A stretch of 64,000 nt of DNA, taken from NCBI GenBank assembly GCA_051294375.1, contig CM119264.1, forward strand, positions 26,781,199 to 26,845,198, given 5' to 3'. Of the stretch, positions 1 to 12,660 are shown in pieces. How positions within the stretch are numbered: the first letter of the stretch is position 1; every line of letters starts with the position of its first letter. The notes below the pieces were generated by a model, which saw only the letters and a list, made by a program, of their open reading frames with translations, ran no database searches and was not told the origin of the DNA. Position numbers and translations under genes: made by a program. The stretch comes from Paraspadella gotoi. Its lineage: Eukaryota > Animalia > Chaetognatha.

Positions 1-771
1 CACAACACAAGGCCTACGCGATTCATATCGTATCTANNNNNNNNNNNNNNNNNNNNNNNNNNNNNNNNNNNNNNNNNNNNNNNNNNNNNNNNNNNNNNNN
101 NNNNNNNNNNNNNNNNNNNNNNNNNNNNNNNNNNNNNNNNNNNNNNNNNNNNNNNNNNNNNNNNNNNNNNNNNNNNNNNNNNNNNNNNNNNNNNNNNNNN
201 NNNNNNNNNNNNNNNNNNNNNNNNNNNNNNNNNNNNNNNNNNNNNNNNNNNNNNNNNNNNNAAAATTGAAAAAAAGAAAATTTTCGTGAGAGGATTTCGA
301 GGCGATGTATCCAGTTTCTAACGAAGGCCGCGAAAATGTGAACTTTTTTTTAAAGTTTTACGTTATTTAAACTCTTCTTCGTAATTTGTCGATTGTTTGC
401 CTTTGATATTCCATGTCATGTTTTTTATATACAACTGATGATGGGTGATGTGTGATTGGAGGCCGGGCCGAATCGAGATTCCCGATTGGCGGTCATGGTC
501 TTGTTAAATCGGAGACTCGCCGTCGACCGAAGGAATGTTAAATTCATTAAACGCCACTCTTTCAATTTCACCAGTGATTTTTGCCAATATACATCCTGAC
601 CGCTTCTCGCTATTCCCTATTCCGCTTCTCATACCGTTCGTTCCTCTTCACCTCGAATCGCTCCTCAGACTCGCTTCTCGCTCCACTTCTCCAGCCAAAC
701 TCCATCAATCACGGGCGATCACGTGACGACGCGGACGTGAAACCCGAGAATCACGAAAATCGCCGGAGGGT

Positions 772-862
<91 letters not shown>

Positions 863-1628
863 TGAGAGAGCAGAGAGAGTGAGAGAGAGTGAATAGAAAT
901 GCGGCATTCCAAGGAAATGAGGTAAGTATTTACGGTTTGTAATAGTAATAGTTTGTAATAGATAGTTCATTGACTGTAATATATGGTCGTTCAATCGAAA
1001 AATAACGAGAAATAGTTTATAAAAGTCCAGTAATTGTGAGCTAATGGAATAAATCTTATAAATAGTAAGTTTCCAAGTTTACTTCAAGCAAACGATTAGA
1101 CAAACGAGCCTGTCATGAACTTTATATTGCATGTTTATTGCATCAATTTTAGTAAGCTTGACAACTATACAAATCCAGTAAGATATTTAGATATAACCGT
1201 AGCACGTAGACACGGCAAGAGGCTTACGAATGGCATGCTCCCTCTGAATCGATGGCAACGAAAAACTCGGCTTCAATAATTCTCGAATCTCTTGAGACGA
1301 AGTTTCCAGCGAAAAGGGATACTAAAAATAATTCTCGCTCTCTGTCTTTTCTTTTCTCTTCCTTACTTTTTATTCTTTTCTTTCTTTCTTTCCTTTTGTC
1401 TTTTTCCTTTCTTTATGGTTTTCCCTTTTTTTATCTTATTTTTTTAACCGTTTCTATTCAAATGTTTTTTTTTCTGTATTCTTCTTTCTTATTTTCAAGT
1501 GTTGGTTAAATATCATGAAATTATATTCACTGACTGAACCTTACCTACGGGGTTTCTACATTGAAAAATGAATAGATTCAAAAGTGATATCAACCCAGAA
1601 AAAGAAACGTCGAATTTATTCACAGTAT

Positions 1629-1673
<45 letters not shown>

Positions 1674-1817
1674 TCTCTCTCTCTTTCTCTCTCTCTCGTT
1701 CAATTTCTGTTCAGTCCGCGAAAGAGAAAAAAACAAAAGGCCCCGTTTTCCTCTCTCGAAATTGGCCTCGCGCCTCTCGACCCTCATTCCACATCCTGGT
1801 CCGTCGGTACTTCTTAC

Positions 1818-1920
1818 GAGTCCCCGGCTGTAACCGGGCCGTGCAGTAAACGGACCTCGTATATGAGAAGGTTCGAATGGACGATTGTTCGCCAGCGCCT
1901 CTTTCGGAGTTTGGAAGAAA
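1818..1920 (-). CDS. Isolated candidate internal exon
   Basis: ttttgttaag| ..FFQTPKEALANNRPFEPSHIRGPFTARPGYSRGL |gtaaga; complex sequence between (AG)n tracts; product unknown. Confidence 0.3.
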
Positions 1921-2125
1921 CTTAACAAAAGGGCAACGGAGAGTGGGAGGGAGAGAGAGAAAGTGAGATAGGGAGAGAGAGAGTGAGAGCAAGAGAGAGA
2001 TTTTTTTTCTTTCGTTCATTGGACTCTGGACTCTCTCTGTCTCTCTCCTCTTCGTCTCCCTCCCGCGGCGCGGCGTTATTTACGAGAAGCGGCGTCTCTC
2101 GCGGCCGAGGGCGCCGACGCCAGGG

Positions 2126-2171
<46 letters not shown>

Positions 2172-4349
2172 AGAGAGAGAAGAGAAGAGAGAGAGAGCAG
2201 GATGAGGACGACGATTTCCACCAGAGAACCGAGAAGAGAGAGAGAAGCTGTAAATGGAACCTGCCGCTAGGCGACCAGCGCCACCGAAAACGACGATGGC
2301 GATGCCGCTTTACGACGCCGTCGCTGCCATCGTCGGTGGCTCCGTATTTGCCCATTGCTCAATCTATCGTTGAAGAGAACTAAAACAAGTATGAGCAAAC
2401 AATGTCGGATCTGCCTACGTGGATGGATTGGAATGAAATTTTGTGTGTGGGTAGGAAATTGTATGATTAATAATTATGTGGTAATCAGCTAATCCGATGG
2501 TAAATCACGATAATTCTTTCTGACCCTCAACTTGTGATCTTAACAGATTATAACAAAATCATAACATAACAAATCATAACAGACTTGTTAATAAATCTAT
2601 GAAAAAATCTATAAATCAATTAATCTACTAATGAACTCCCGACCCCGAGTAGAACGCCGACGCGAACTTTGGTCAAAGTTGACCCCAAGAAGATTGAAGA
2701 TGGCGCTGGCGTCGTTGCCAGTTCCGTCGCCGGCGTCGCCGGCGTCGCGAATGAACGAAAACCAAAAATGACACGAGAGACGGCGCCGCAGGGGGTAATA
2801 CCGGATCGCAAGAAACGTCTTGTTAGTGAAGGTTTTTGATATGAAGATAAAAAAGAGATTACTAAAGACTAGGGACAAACTTTGTCAATGGAGTGGGTCA
2901 GAAGTTTCATTTGGGAAGGTTCCCAAAAGAAACTTCATACATTTCTGAGAAAACTTTCAATGGTCCAAAATTTTTTTAGAATGGCGAAAAGCACAAGTAA
3001 TTAATTTTTTGATATTTATTTATAGATAGGAAATGTTAAAAAAAAAATTTTTAGAATTTTTTATTTTTAAAAGCAAATTCAGATTCTTCAGATTCTTTTT
3101 TCAATATTTTGATGATAAATGGGTCAATATTAGGAAAACCTGAAAAAATCATTCTCATCATCATCATCTGATAATTTTAATAGTTTTTGCTAATTTTCAG
3201 TTATCAAACATCAAAATTTTTAAAAGTTGTAATTACATTTTTTGCTTAAATTTTTAAGCTCTATAAGAATCAATTAAAAAAAACTAAAAATATAAAAAAA
3301 ATTTCTGACATTATATAATTATATAGCAATATAATAATTTTAATTAACGAATTACTCTTGGTTCGGAACATTTTTGTAAAAAAAAAAATTTAAATTTAAA
3401 AGGTTTGGAAGCAGTTTAAAAAGATTTCGGCTTTGGTGCCAATGAAACTGACAACACTTGGCAAATTTTGACATTGTCAAGGCTCAAGAAAAAAAAAAAT
3501 TTAGCGGAGGATCGTACCCTTGGCCTCGTTTTATTTCTTTCCGTTTATATCTATCGTAGCGAAGGAAAAAAAAAGGAAAAGAATAGTGAATAGAAAAGTT
3601 GACCCCAGAAATTCGTCACTTATTCTCTTTTGCTATCGTTTTATGTTATGCTTATGGTAAGGAAGATTCGTCGACGAGTTTCTACAAACAAAAATAAACA
3701 AAACAAATATGGTTTTCTCTCTAAATTTTCAACGCAACGAATTGAAAGTCTCTATACAATGTTATTGATATTAATAAATAACAATAAGCATATTTTTTGG
3801 ACAGAAAGAAACCAATTCTCTCCCTTAGACGAAAAGTGTCCTCGTTCATCCAGCGCTCCTCTCAGCTCATCCTCTCTCTTCTCCTTTTTTAATCCCAACT
3901 CTTTTCTTCCCCCCCGAGTTGGCCTCTTTTGAGTTTCATTGTTAGAGATCGGTGGAACATGGGGAGGGTAGGAGCAGCGGCCAGGTGGGTTGAGCAAGAG
4001 CAGAGCGAAGAACTGGAGCAAAAAGAGGGCGGGGGGAAGAAGGAATGTGTGCGAAATTGTGTGTGTGTGTGTGAGGGAAACGAGAGAAAAGCAGTAAATG
4101 TGTAGAAAAACAGTCGATAGAGAACGAACACAAACTGGTAAAGAAAGAAAAGTGAGAGGTAGCCGTAGCGAGTGGAGCAAAGTGAAGCGGAGCGGAAGAA
4201 GGAGCGGAACAATACCGGAGCGAAATTCATGCATTAATCATAAACGCGAATACATATTCATCCTTTGCCTTTAGACGTCGTCTCGCCGTTTAGTGCTTTG
4301 CCCTTTTTTTGAAAACCGTTTCACTCTTTGGCGTGGTGTGTGGCCTCTC

Positions 4350-4382
<33 letters not shown>

Positions 4383-4716
4383 TCTCTCTCTCATCTCTCT
4401 CTTTCTTTCTTTCGTTCTCCGTCGCTGTCGACAAGGGCTCTCTGAATTTCCTTTCACAGGCGCCCCTCTTTACGAAAAACACCCATTCCCACTGACCTTT
4501 TTCCAGTTGACCACAAGATCACGCCCCACCATGGACCACCTTCCTTCACCACTTCCTCCACCACTACCTCCACCGACAAACCCTCCTTCAATTCTTTTCC
4601 ACCGCGCGCCAGTTTTGGTTCAAATCCCTGGACTATATTGCTATGTAAAAATATCTTATTAAGTATTCCTCCTACCGGAAAGAAAGAGAGAGAGAGAGAG
4701 AGAGAGCAGAGCAAGG

Positions 4717-4757
<41 letters not shown>

Positions 4758-4926
4758 GAAAGAGTAAAAAGCAGAAATTTTTTTTTTTTTTTTTTTTTTT
4801 CTCTGAAAAGAAAACAGAGCAAACAAATAATTGCGGGAATGGTTGCAAAAATATCTTATGTCACATAAACGAGAACAAATAAGGGGAAGATAAAAATGAA
4901 AAAGAAGAAGAGATCGGGAGACAAAG

Positions 4927-5424
4927 TCAAGCAACTCCGTCCACATGAGACGGCACCTCAATCACGGGACTTCGGGAAGCGAGCAGGTCCCCGTTCTCGC
5001 GCTGAAGGCAGACAGAAAGTCTCTCAAAAAAGTGCTTAGCGTTTGGCCGATATCTAAGCCTGCATTCGTTGCTTGGAGTTTGGCGAAATCTTTTAAGTTT
5101 GAGAAAGCATCCAGGTCCCATGCCCCGAAGGTAGTAACAACCAGAGGGATGAAGCCAACGTCGGCCGGCAGTTTGCCTTCGTACTTAGCATGTTTGGCCT
5201 GGCGACTCGTTCCAGGGCATAGGTGGGGTTGAGGATGGTATGACCAAAACAGTCCTGGCGAAGGGGAGGGTGACAGTAACATCAAAGGCGTGGTGGTCTT
5301 GTTCCGACATCTTTTCCAACCCACGGATTGTGAAATCCCCAGGTCTAGAGGCATCATCCGCCAGGTTCCTTTCTTCTTTGGTGGGCGCAAGTAGGCGCTG
5401 CTGAAGCAGTCGGAGCAATGGCAT
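4927..5424 (-). mobile_element. Degenerate 3' end of a non-LTR retrotransposon with restriction-like endonuclease (RLE; CRE/R2/NeSL-type clades)
   Basis: Three frames stitch into RPGDFTI..HAFDVTV / AKHAKYEGKL..GFIPLVVTTFGAW / FERLSVCLQRENG..stop. This matches the RLE pattern R-P-x-D..D-V-T-V..K-x-x-KY..F-x-P-x-V-x-x-x-G-x-W..R-L-S-V-x-L-Q-R-x-N. There are two frameshifts and no RT domain upstream. Confidence 0.8.
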
Positions 5425-7290
5425 TCCCCGAAGGAGTTATGAACGGCGAATTTTGAAATAGAAATAGAGTTAAAGCAAAAATTGAGAGAAAGTAAAGAAT
5501 TGGAAGCGAATAATAAGAATAACGGAAATGGAGATGACAAAGCCTTTGTCAAAGGGAAAGGGGAAAAACTTATAACGAAAAAAAATATATGAATAATAAA
5601 TTAGCCTTGTTTAACCGTTTTAACAATATTGTTAGTCAACTAGAATGCCACCAATTCACCTTGGTCATTGTCATCTCTTGTCATATGGCCATTGGCCAAT
5701 CTACCATCTCCTCTCATTGATGCCAATCTGTCATCTCCTATCATTGATCTCAATTGACCATCTCCTATCATTAATACCATTCTACCATCTTCAGCGACAC
5801 GAGAAATTCCTTTCCAGGCCTTCCCCCGGCGTCGTCGCCGCCCCCATCGCCGTCGCGTCTATTTCCGGCGTCGTTTTCGTCCTCGTTCGCGAAACGGCGT
5901 CTCGACGCCGAGATTCTCAATTCCAATTTTCGTTTCCATCGCCCCGAGAGAAGGCGCCGCCGCAAAGAAAAAGGAGCGCCGAGTAAAACTGGGAATACTC
6001 GACGCCGAGACCAGACATTTCTCAATATTCTCAATTTCGCTTTTCGTTTCCATCTCGACCACCGGAGCAGAAGCCGCGCCGCCGCAAAGAAAAGCGAAGC
6101 GCCGGCATAAGGTCGCACGAGTAAAAACTGTGAACTTCTAGGCCTCTTTGCCCACCCTACACATCTGCCCCCCCGTCCCCCCTTGTGCTCAACCAACAAA
6201 GAAGGGGCAAAGTCCGCTCATCAACTAAGCAACCACTGCTCTAGGGGAATGCGAGCTCACTATCTATCCCTCTCCTCATCTCTACCTACCTTCCCTCGTC
6301 GTCCCTCTCTTCTCCTCTCATCTCTCTACTTCTAATCATCCTCCTTCTCCTCCTCTCTCTCCTTCGACACTTGTGCTCATGCTCGAGACCAAATTTTTTT
6401 TTTGCGGCATCACAATTTCTAATCGCAAACAAAAACTATTTTCTCGTTTCGACTTGCCGTACCGCCCGCCGCCGCGCCCAGCCCGCCGCCATCGCCGCCC
6501 GCCCNNNNNNNNNNNNNNNNNNNNNNNNNCCGCCGCCGCCGCCGCCGCTGCCGACGCAGCCATCGTAGCTGCCATCAATAACAGCGCCAGGGCCGGCACA
6601 AACGGCGACGCCGCCAGCGCCGTCCTCTGTCGACGGCGCCGCGTCGATCGTTGATCGTCGATCATATAATTGTATACTGTAGTCGAGCATTGCCTAGGTT
6701 CACCCCGCCTATAAGCATGATACTTTCAGTTGTGACCCGGTGGCTCATTGAGTAAAGCCATCAGCTCATGGCCACAATACTTTAATTGCTCAGCTAAAAT
6801 TTGTTAGCAATATAAATAAACTAAAAGTAAACAGACGCGATTTTGGGTTAATAATCCTTTCTTGTATTGTCTTTTACCACAACCGATATTGAAAATTGTT
6901 TTACCCCTTTGCGGTTTTAAGATGAGAATGTGCTTGCGTAATAGTATCAATCTGCTTTTCAACGCTGTTTTGTGTTTAGTTAGCATTTGTTTGCTTGTTT
7001 GTTTTAAAGAGAGAGAGAGAGAGGGAGAGAGAAGAGAGAGGAGAGAGAGAGAGAGACGAGGCGTCTNNNNNNNNNNNNNNNNNNNNNNNNNNNNNNNNNN
7101 NNNNNNNNNNNNNNNNNNNNNNNNNNNNNNNNNNNNNNNNNNNNNNNNNNNNNNNNNNNNNNNNNNNNNNNNNNNNNNNNNNNNNNNNNNNNNNNNNNNN
7201 NNNNNNNNNNNNNNNNNNNNNNNNNNNNNNNNNNGTGTGTTTAAAGCGCCGACGCCATCTATTTCGCCATCCAGTTTCCCGCCATTTTTC

Positions 7291-7458
7291 TTAGTTGGTT
7301 TCTTTGGACTCGTTGCTTCCCGGTTTGTACCTGAGAATCGAGAAAAGTCATTTTGCCGGATTCTCTTTGTATAAAAAAGGGCAAAACTGCATAATCTCTC
7401 GATTTGGCTTATCAAGTAAGAATCGTTAAAATTTAATCGCTCTAAGCATTAAGTTTTT

Positions 7459-7511
<53 letters not shown>

Positions 7512-8231
7512 AACTCACCAGTGCTCCTCGTGCACGTATTTCTTGTGCACTGGTGCATCACTGATCTCATCCAAGTTTCCCTTTTTCGCCTTCTTCAGGA
7601 CCGAGGCTTTCTCCGATCCTTTGATCGACTCGTACTCGTCGTGTTCGGTCCCAATCTCTTTCTCCATGTTCTGTCCCTGGACGTCTGGTAAGGAAAGGAT
7701 AAATTAGAGGAAAGTTAAGAGAAAAATGGAGAATTGATTGAAGTCAGGTAATTTATTGCGTGATTTTGTGAAAATGAATGCTGAAATGGTGAACGAGGTG
7801 GAAAGAACTGTTCAGCAAGTCTTACGAATCAAGAACCGAAAGACATGTTGGTATTAATTAAAAATATATATACATTATACAATCGCCATCAATCTTTTAT
7901 TAAACTACTAACAGCAAGCTAGAATTTAAAAAAAATACAAAAGGGAGACAACAAATGCAGGATTTCCTGAGTATGTCGTTGTCAAAGAAATAGCTAACAT
8001 GATCAGTCTTACCATACCTGAATAGACAAAAACAGACAAGTTCGCATACAACAATAACATTTCTAATATTTGTACACTTCGACGCTTGCAAGCTCATTTC
8101 TATTTCTCCCAACTTCACCCTAATGCATAGAGTGGAGAGGGGGGGCGCCCGGGGTGGCGGGAATTAACATGGTTTGTTTACTCAAGTCGATGTGAGATTC
8201 TCCCCCAACGACTCCGCGTTTATTGCCCCCT

Positions 8232-8263
<32 letters not shown>

Positions 8264-8549
8264 GTGCTCTCTCGTCTCTCCTCTCTCTCTCTCTCCTCAC
8301 CTCCTCTCTCTCTCTCTCTCTCTCTCTCTTCGCTGCTTAAAACACACCAGGTTTGACTTTAATAGCCTGCCCTCTCTTACTGCCCTGTTTCAGACACATT
8401 TTAAAATCGGATGATTACATTTATCACTCTTTTCTTTTTTCTTTTTTTTCTTTAACTTTTTTTTCCCTCTTTCTGCACTTTTTTTCGTTCCTTTTGGATA
8501 ATAAACAAAAAGGAGAGAGCAAAAGATGAGAAAAGATTCATCTCTCTCT

Positions 8550-8635
<86 letters not shown>

Positions 8636-9581
8636 TTTATGAGCCTGGGGTTCTCCTTCGGCCCCTCAAGCGCCAACGAGAAATTTGGGTCATTTTCCCG
8701 TCGGCAATTTTTTTTTTCTACTTCTACTCCTTTTGAAGAGAATCGCTGGTGATCTATGGAAGAACTTGGAGCAGCTCCAGCATGCTGCAGCACTGGACGG
8801 CCGTCGATGCTTCCGACGACCGCAGCCGACGCCGCAGCAGCATTCTTCTAGCGTTCCTCTCTTCTTTTTTAAGCAAAACAAAAAACAAAAAAACGAGCGG
8901 CGCCGTTTTCATTCGCCTTTACCAGCTCTTCACACTTTCTACGGGGTCATCGTTATTTTCTACCTGAATATTTACATTAACGTTGAATCAAAATGTCCAA
9001 CTCCAAAAGCAATAATTCGGGCATATTTCAGCAGCCGTTTCTATAACATCATTGTTGATCATGCAAACACAAAGGCAGCTTTCCATCGAAAATAGATAGA
9101 GACTTTGTTCATCACTCGATGAAATATTTACGCCCAAACTTCAGCAATGGTTAGAAAACTAAAATACTTAAAAAGCGATAGTTCATCTCAAGAGTCACAT
9201 ATGGAGTCACACACTTTTTTTCGATTTGCGTTTTCGTCGGAGGAGACTATCTTACACTCCCCCCCCCCTCAAAATTTGCCGAAACCAATGACCCGATAAA
9301 ATTTATAAAATGTTGGAGTTTAGTCAGGTTTATTTCATTGTTTAATGTCCCTGAAGCTTAAACTCAAGGGCTGATAGCCTTAACCCTGAAAAAGTGTTCA
9401 TCGTCGTGGTCGTCGTCGTTATCGTCGTCGTCATAGTCGTCGTCATCGTCGTCACCATCGTCGTCGTCGTCCATGTCGATCCTCGCGCTAAAAGGCTCGT
9501 GACAGTCGAGTCTCCAAGGTGATTCTTCACCAAGACTTCGCCATTCACTTTATCATGCTCTCCTCTTCTCTCCTCTCTCTC

Positions 9582-9622
<41 letters not shown>

Positions 9623-12596
9623 CTCTCCTCTTTTCACTTTCTTATTGTGCCTTCATTCTCTCTCTCCTTTCTCTCTCATCTCCCCTCTCTCTCTCCATCT
9701 CACTTATTCTCCCAAAGCCTAACATCATTTAAGATGTTCTCCCTCAGATCAACCAAGATCATCTAAAATGATATCACATCTTAGATGATAATTATTTTCT
9801 CTTGTTCGTTACTTCGACGGCGATGAAAGACGAACATCCATCAGGCGTAGATTCTATTGCAGTTTCTCTCTCTTCCCTCAACACCCGTTGCTTTTTTCTT
9901 GCACCCTTTCATCTAATCGCCCTACCCACTTTTTTAAAGAAAATAACTATCCGAGATTGCTTATCGAACTCATCGCCTTCTCCGCTCGCTACGCCCCCTC
10001 AAGTCTAATGTGGGGCGATCTTTGCGCACCCTTGCATCTCATTGCTTAAAAAAAAGAAAAAAAGATAGAAAGAAAGAAAGAAAGAGTCGTTGTAGTATAA
10101 AGAAGAAAAAACTGAGCGGGAAGAAAAGAAAGAGAGAAGTGAAAAAGATAAAAAATACATTCGTATCAGATTCAGATAGGAACAAGAATTATCATCCCAG
10201 TATATGAAGTATAAAAGAAAAAAAAAGAGGAAAAAAAAATAAGAGAGGAAAAAGAAGAAGTAGAGGAAGAAGAAAAAAAGAAAAGTGAATCAAAAAAAAG
10301 AGAAGAGAAAGAAAAGAATACCTATTCAAACACTCCTCCCCATTCCCTCTCTCTCTTCCTCTTTTGAAAAAAAAATGGCGCGTATTTCTCTGTTTATTTA
10401 TCCCCGTAGCAGAAAAAAAAAGCAAAAAAAAAAAAAAGAAAGAAAAAAGCAGGAGTGCATCGGAATCTCGGGGTTTTTCTCTCTAACGATGCCGGAAATC
10501 GAAACTCGCTTCCAGGTCCCGAGGGGTCAAACCTTTTTCAAATCCGCGGCCAACGGGATTTCTGAATTTCTTTCTTTTTTTTCTTTTTTTTTTTTTTGCC
10601 CTAGAACGATTATTAATAGAGGGCCGAAGGGGTTGCGCCCGGGCCGGGGTTGGGGTGGTTAAGGGTTCGGAGCTCAAGGGGGCATGGACAAAGGTAGGGA
10701 GGTAAAGGAGAAATAGGGGCAAAGAAATAAAAGAATAAGGAAGGTAAGTTACGAAAGAGGAATGCGCAGATATTTATTATGACCGGAAGGAGAGAAGCCT
10801 TGAAAAGGCAGGGGGGTGGGGGGGGCCTTGTGGATATTTAGCGTGGCGGCGCGTGGCGGCGAGCGTCGGCCCGCGCGGGCGAAAGGCAAACATGACCCAC
10901 ATTTCTTCTCTAGATTGACTCGAAAGTCAAAAGAGGACGGGGGAAAGAGGGGGGGGGAGGCTGGTGGGCAGAAAAGACTCAAGTATCAGAGAGGGCATTA
11001 GGTGAAGACTGAGAGTGTCGGAGAAGGTATTAGGTTAAGGTTTAAACGTGCGAGAGGGCATTGAGGGGTATCGAAGTATCAGAAAAGAGCATTGGGTTAT
11101 GATAAGAGTCAGTGAGAGGGATAAGAAAAGAAAATCTAGTTAATAGATTAAAATGTTAAAAGAGGCGGAAATGTATTTTTTTTTTTAAAAAGTGATCTAG
11201 ATTCTAGAGATTTGACAAAAGTACTTGATACTTGATACTTGATAGAAATTTTGAAGAACCGGTTATTTAGTAAGGTATCAGGGTAGGGAGCGATATTCTT
11301 CGGACTGAATGACAGAGAAAGCATATTACATATTTATTACAATAGCCTGGTCCCATATACTACTATACCGAGAGCTCGGATAGAAATGAATGAAATCTGA
11401 ATAAAAGAGAGGAAAAGAAAAAAACGCTCTCTGAGTCTCTGGCGCCGGGGGAGATAAAAGATGGAATCGAGATGGAATCAAATATGGCACCGATAAGAAC
11501 AGAATCGAACAAAAAAGAAGATCAACGCAAAACTTGACTCATTTCGAATGTTCGTAATCGCTCTTTCTTTTACCAAAACCACTCAGACAATCCGATCTAC
11601 GCTCTCTAAGATAACCATACCTCGAGTTCCACCCATAACCACCTTAATCTCACCCCCCAACACCCCAACCTCTACCTTCACCCCCACCTCACCGATCTGC
11701 GCCTCCAACGCGTCGCCAAAGTCGCTGGCGTCGAGAACTTTGTCGCCGGTTTTCCCTCGAGCGAAGTCGTCCCAGCGGCGCGCACGAAGCCGGCGCCATT
11801 TCAAGGCCGCGATGTCTAGAGTGGCGCGGCGGCGTCGCCCGATCCCGATGTGAGCGAGGAAATCGGCGGCGTTGTCGATGGCCTCCGTCTTGGCTTTGTC
11901 GTCGGCGTTAATTCCCTTAGCGACGGCGTCGGTTTTGGCTTCGGACGAGACGGCGTCGGAGGCGGAGGAGGTGGCGCTTTTCTTCGTGTGAGCGGCGCTG
12001 CGGTTGGTCGTCGCCTCCGCGCCGATCGAGATCGCCTGGCGCCCGTCCAAGCCGCCACCAGTGGCGCCGCCGTACGTCATGTCGGGCATCGACTTCTTTC
12101 CCCACTGGAGGTCGGTGTCGATGCCGAAGAAGGTCCCGTCCGCCGAGTTGACGTCGCCTTGGGAGAATTGAAGGGATGAGGAAGATGATCGGGTGAGTAA
12201 CGGATAACGACGTCATCGTTGGCGTTGATATTGTTTCAGCTGAATGTTATAAAAAATAAATCATCTATACAAAGAAAACTTACTTCCTGGATTTTTCTTG
12301 AAATCGTTGTCTATCTGAAGAGAGAAATAAAATGACAAATTCGTTTGTTCAATGTTGATTCTCAATAAAAGTTTAAAAATTTAAAAGGTTTTAGTAGAAA
12401 ACAAAAGGTAAAATTCGTTTCACTCTAAGAAAGTATAATAGAATTTTAAACTTCTATTTATTATTTATTCATTTTTCTTAATTCTTTGTTCTAATTCTCA
12501 AACTCATTAACGAAATTCTCGCCTCTTTTTCGAAGGTCGTTTCGCCGCCGACAACAGTCGTCATCGCCATCAACGCCACAATAAAAGCGCCGCAAA

Positions 12597-12638
<42 letters not shown>

Positions 12639-12660
12639 TGCCGCCGTTTCGACGCGCCAT
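7291..12660 (-). CDS. Secreted protein, putative neuropeptide/peptide-hormone precursor, 5 exons, 279 aa
   Basis: Exons 12660-12523 (GC donor), 12314-12284, 12157-11693, 7684-7519, 7330-7291 join in phase (840 nt, ATG to TAA). Protein: MARRNGGS(G)13VCGAFIVALMAMTTVVGG-ETTFEKEIDNDF-KK-NPGSDVNSADGTFFGIDTDLQW-G-KK-SMPDMTY...HT-KK-SATSS...NAADFLAHIGI-G-RRRR-ATLDIAALKW-RR-LRA-RR-WDDFAR-G-K...VL-KK-A-KK-GNLDEISDAPVH-KK-YVHEEHWYKPGSNESKETN*. The gene structure is seen in the sequence; the function is inferred. Confidence 0.72.
7519..7684 (-). CDS. Exon 4 of the putative prohormone gene
   Basis: tttccttaccag| ...VQGQNMEKEIGTEHDEYESIKGSEKASVLKKAKKGNLDEISDAPVHKKYVHEEH.. |gtgagt; strong splice sites, phases match both neighbouring exons. 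Confidence 0.75.
11693..12157 (-). CDS. Main exon (exon 3) of the putative prohormone gene
   Basis: Pyrimidine tract ...ttctcccaag| acceptor and G|gtgagg donor; GC-rich, open, overlaps ORF 11583..12089. Confidence 0.75.

Noticed and set aside
5895-6135. Local ~110-bp direct repeat
   Set aside because: The second unit is an insertion-riddled version and is absent from the duplicate at ~16320-16425; likely a read-join artefact.
9342-9548. Poly-Asp/poly-Thr reading frame inside prohormone intron 3
   Set aside because: Same (GAC)n type as the demonstrably intronic tract in TSSK; the gene model is in phase without it.
11780-11860. RRRR-ATLDIAALKW as an astacin-like propeptide junction
   Set aside because: No HEXXH or any protease domain follows, and the protein ends at 7291.
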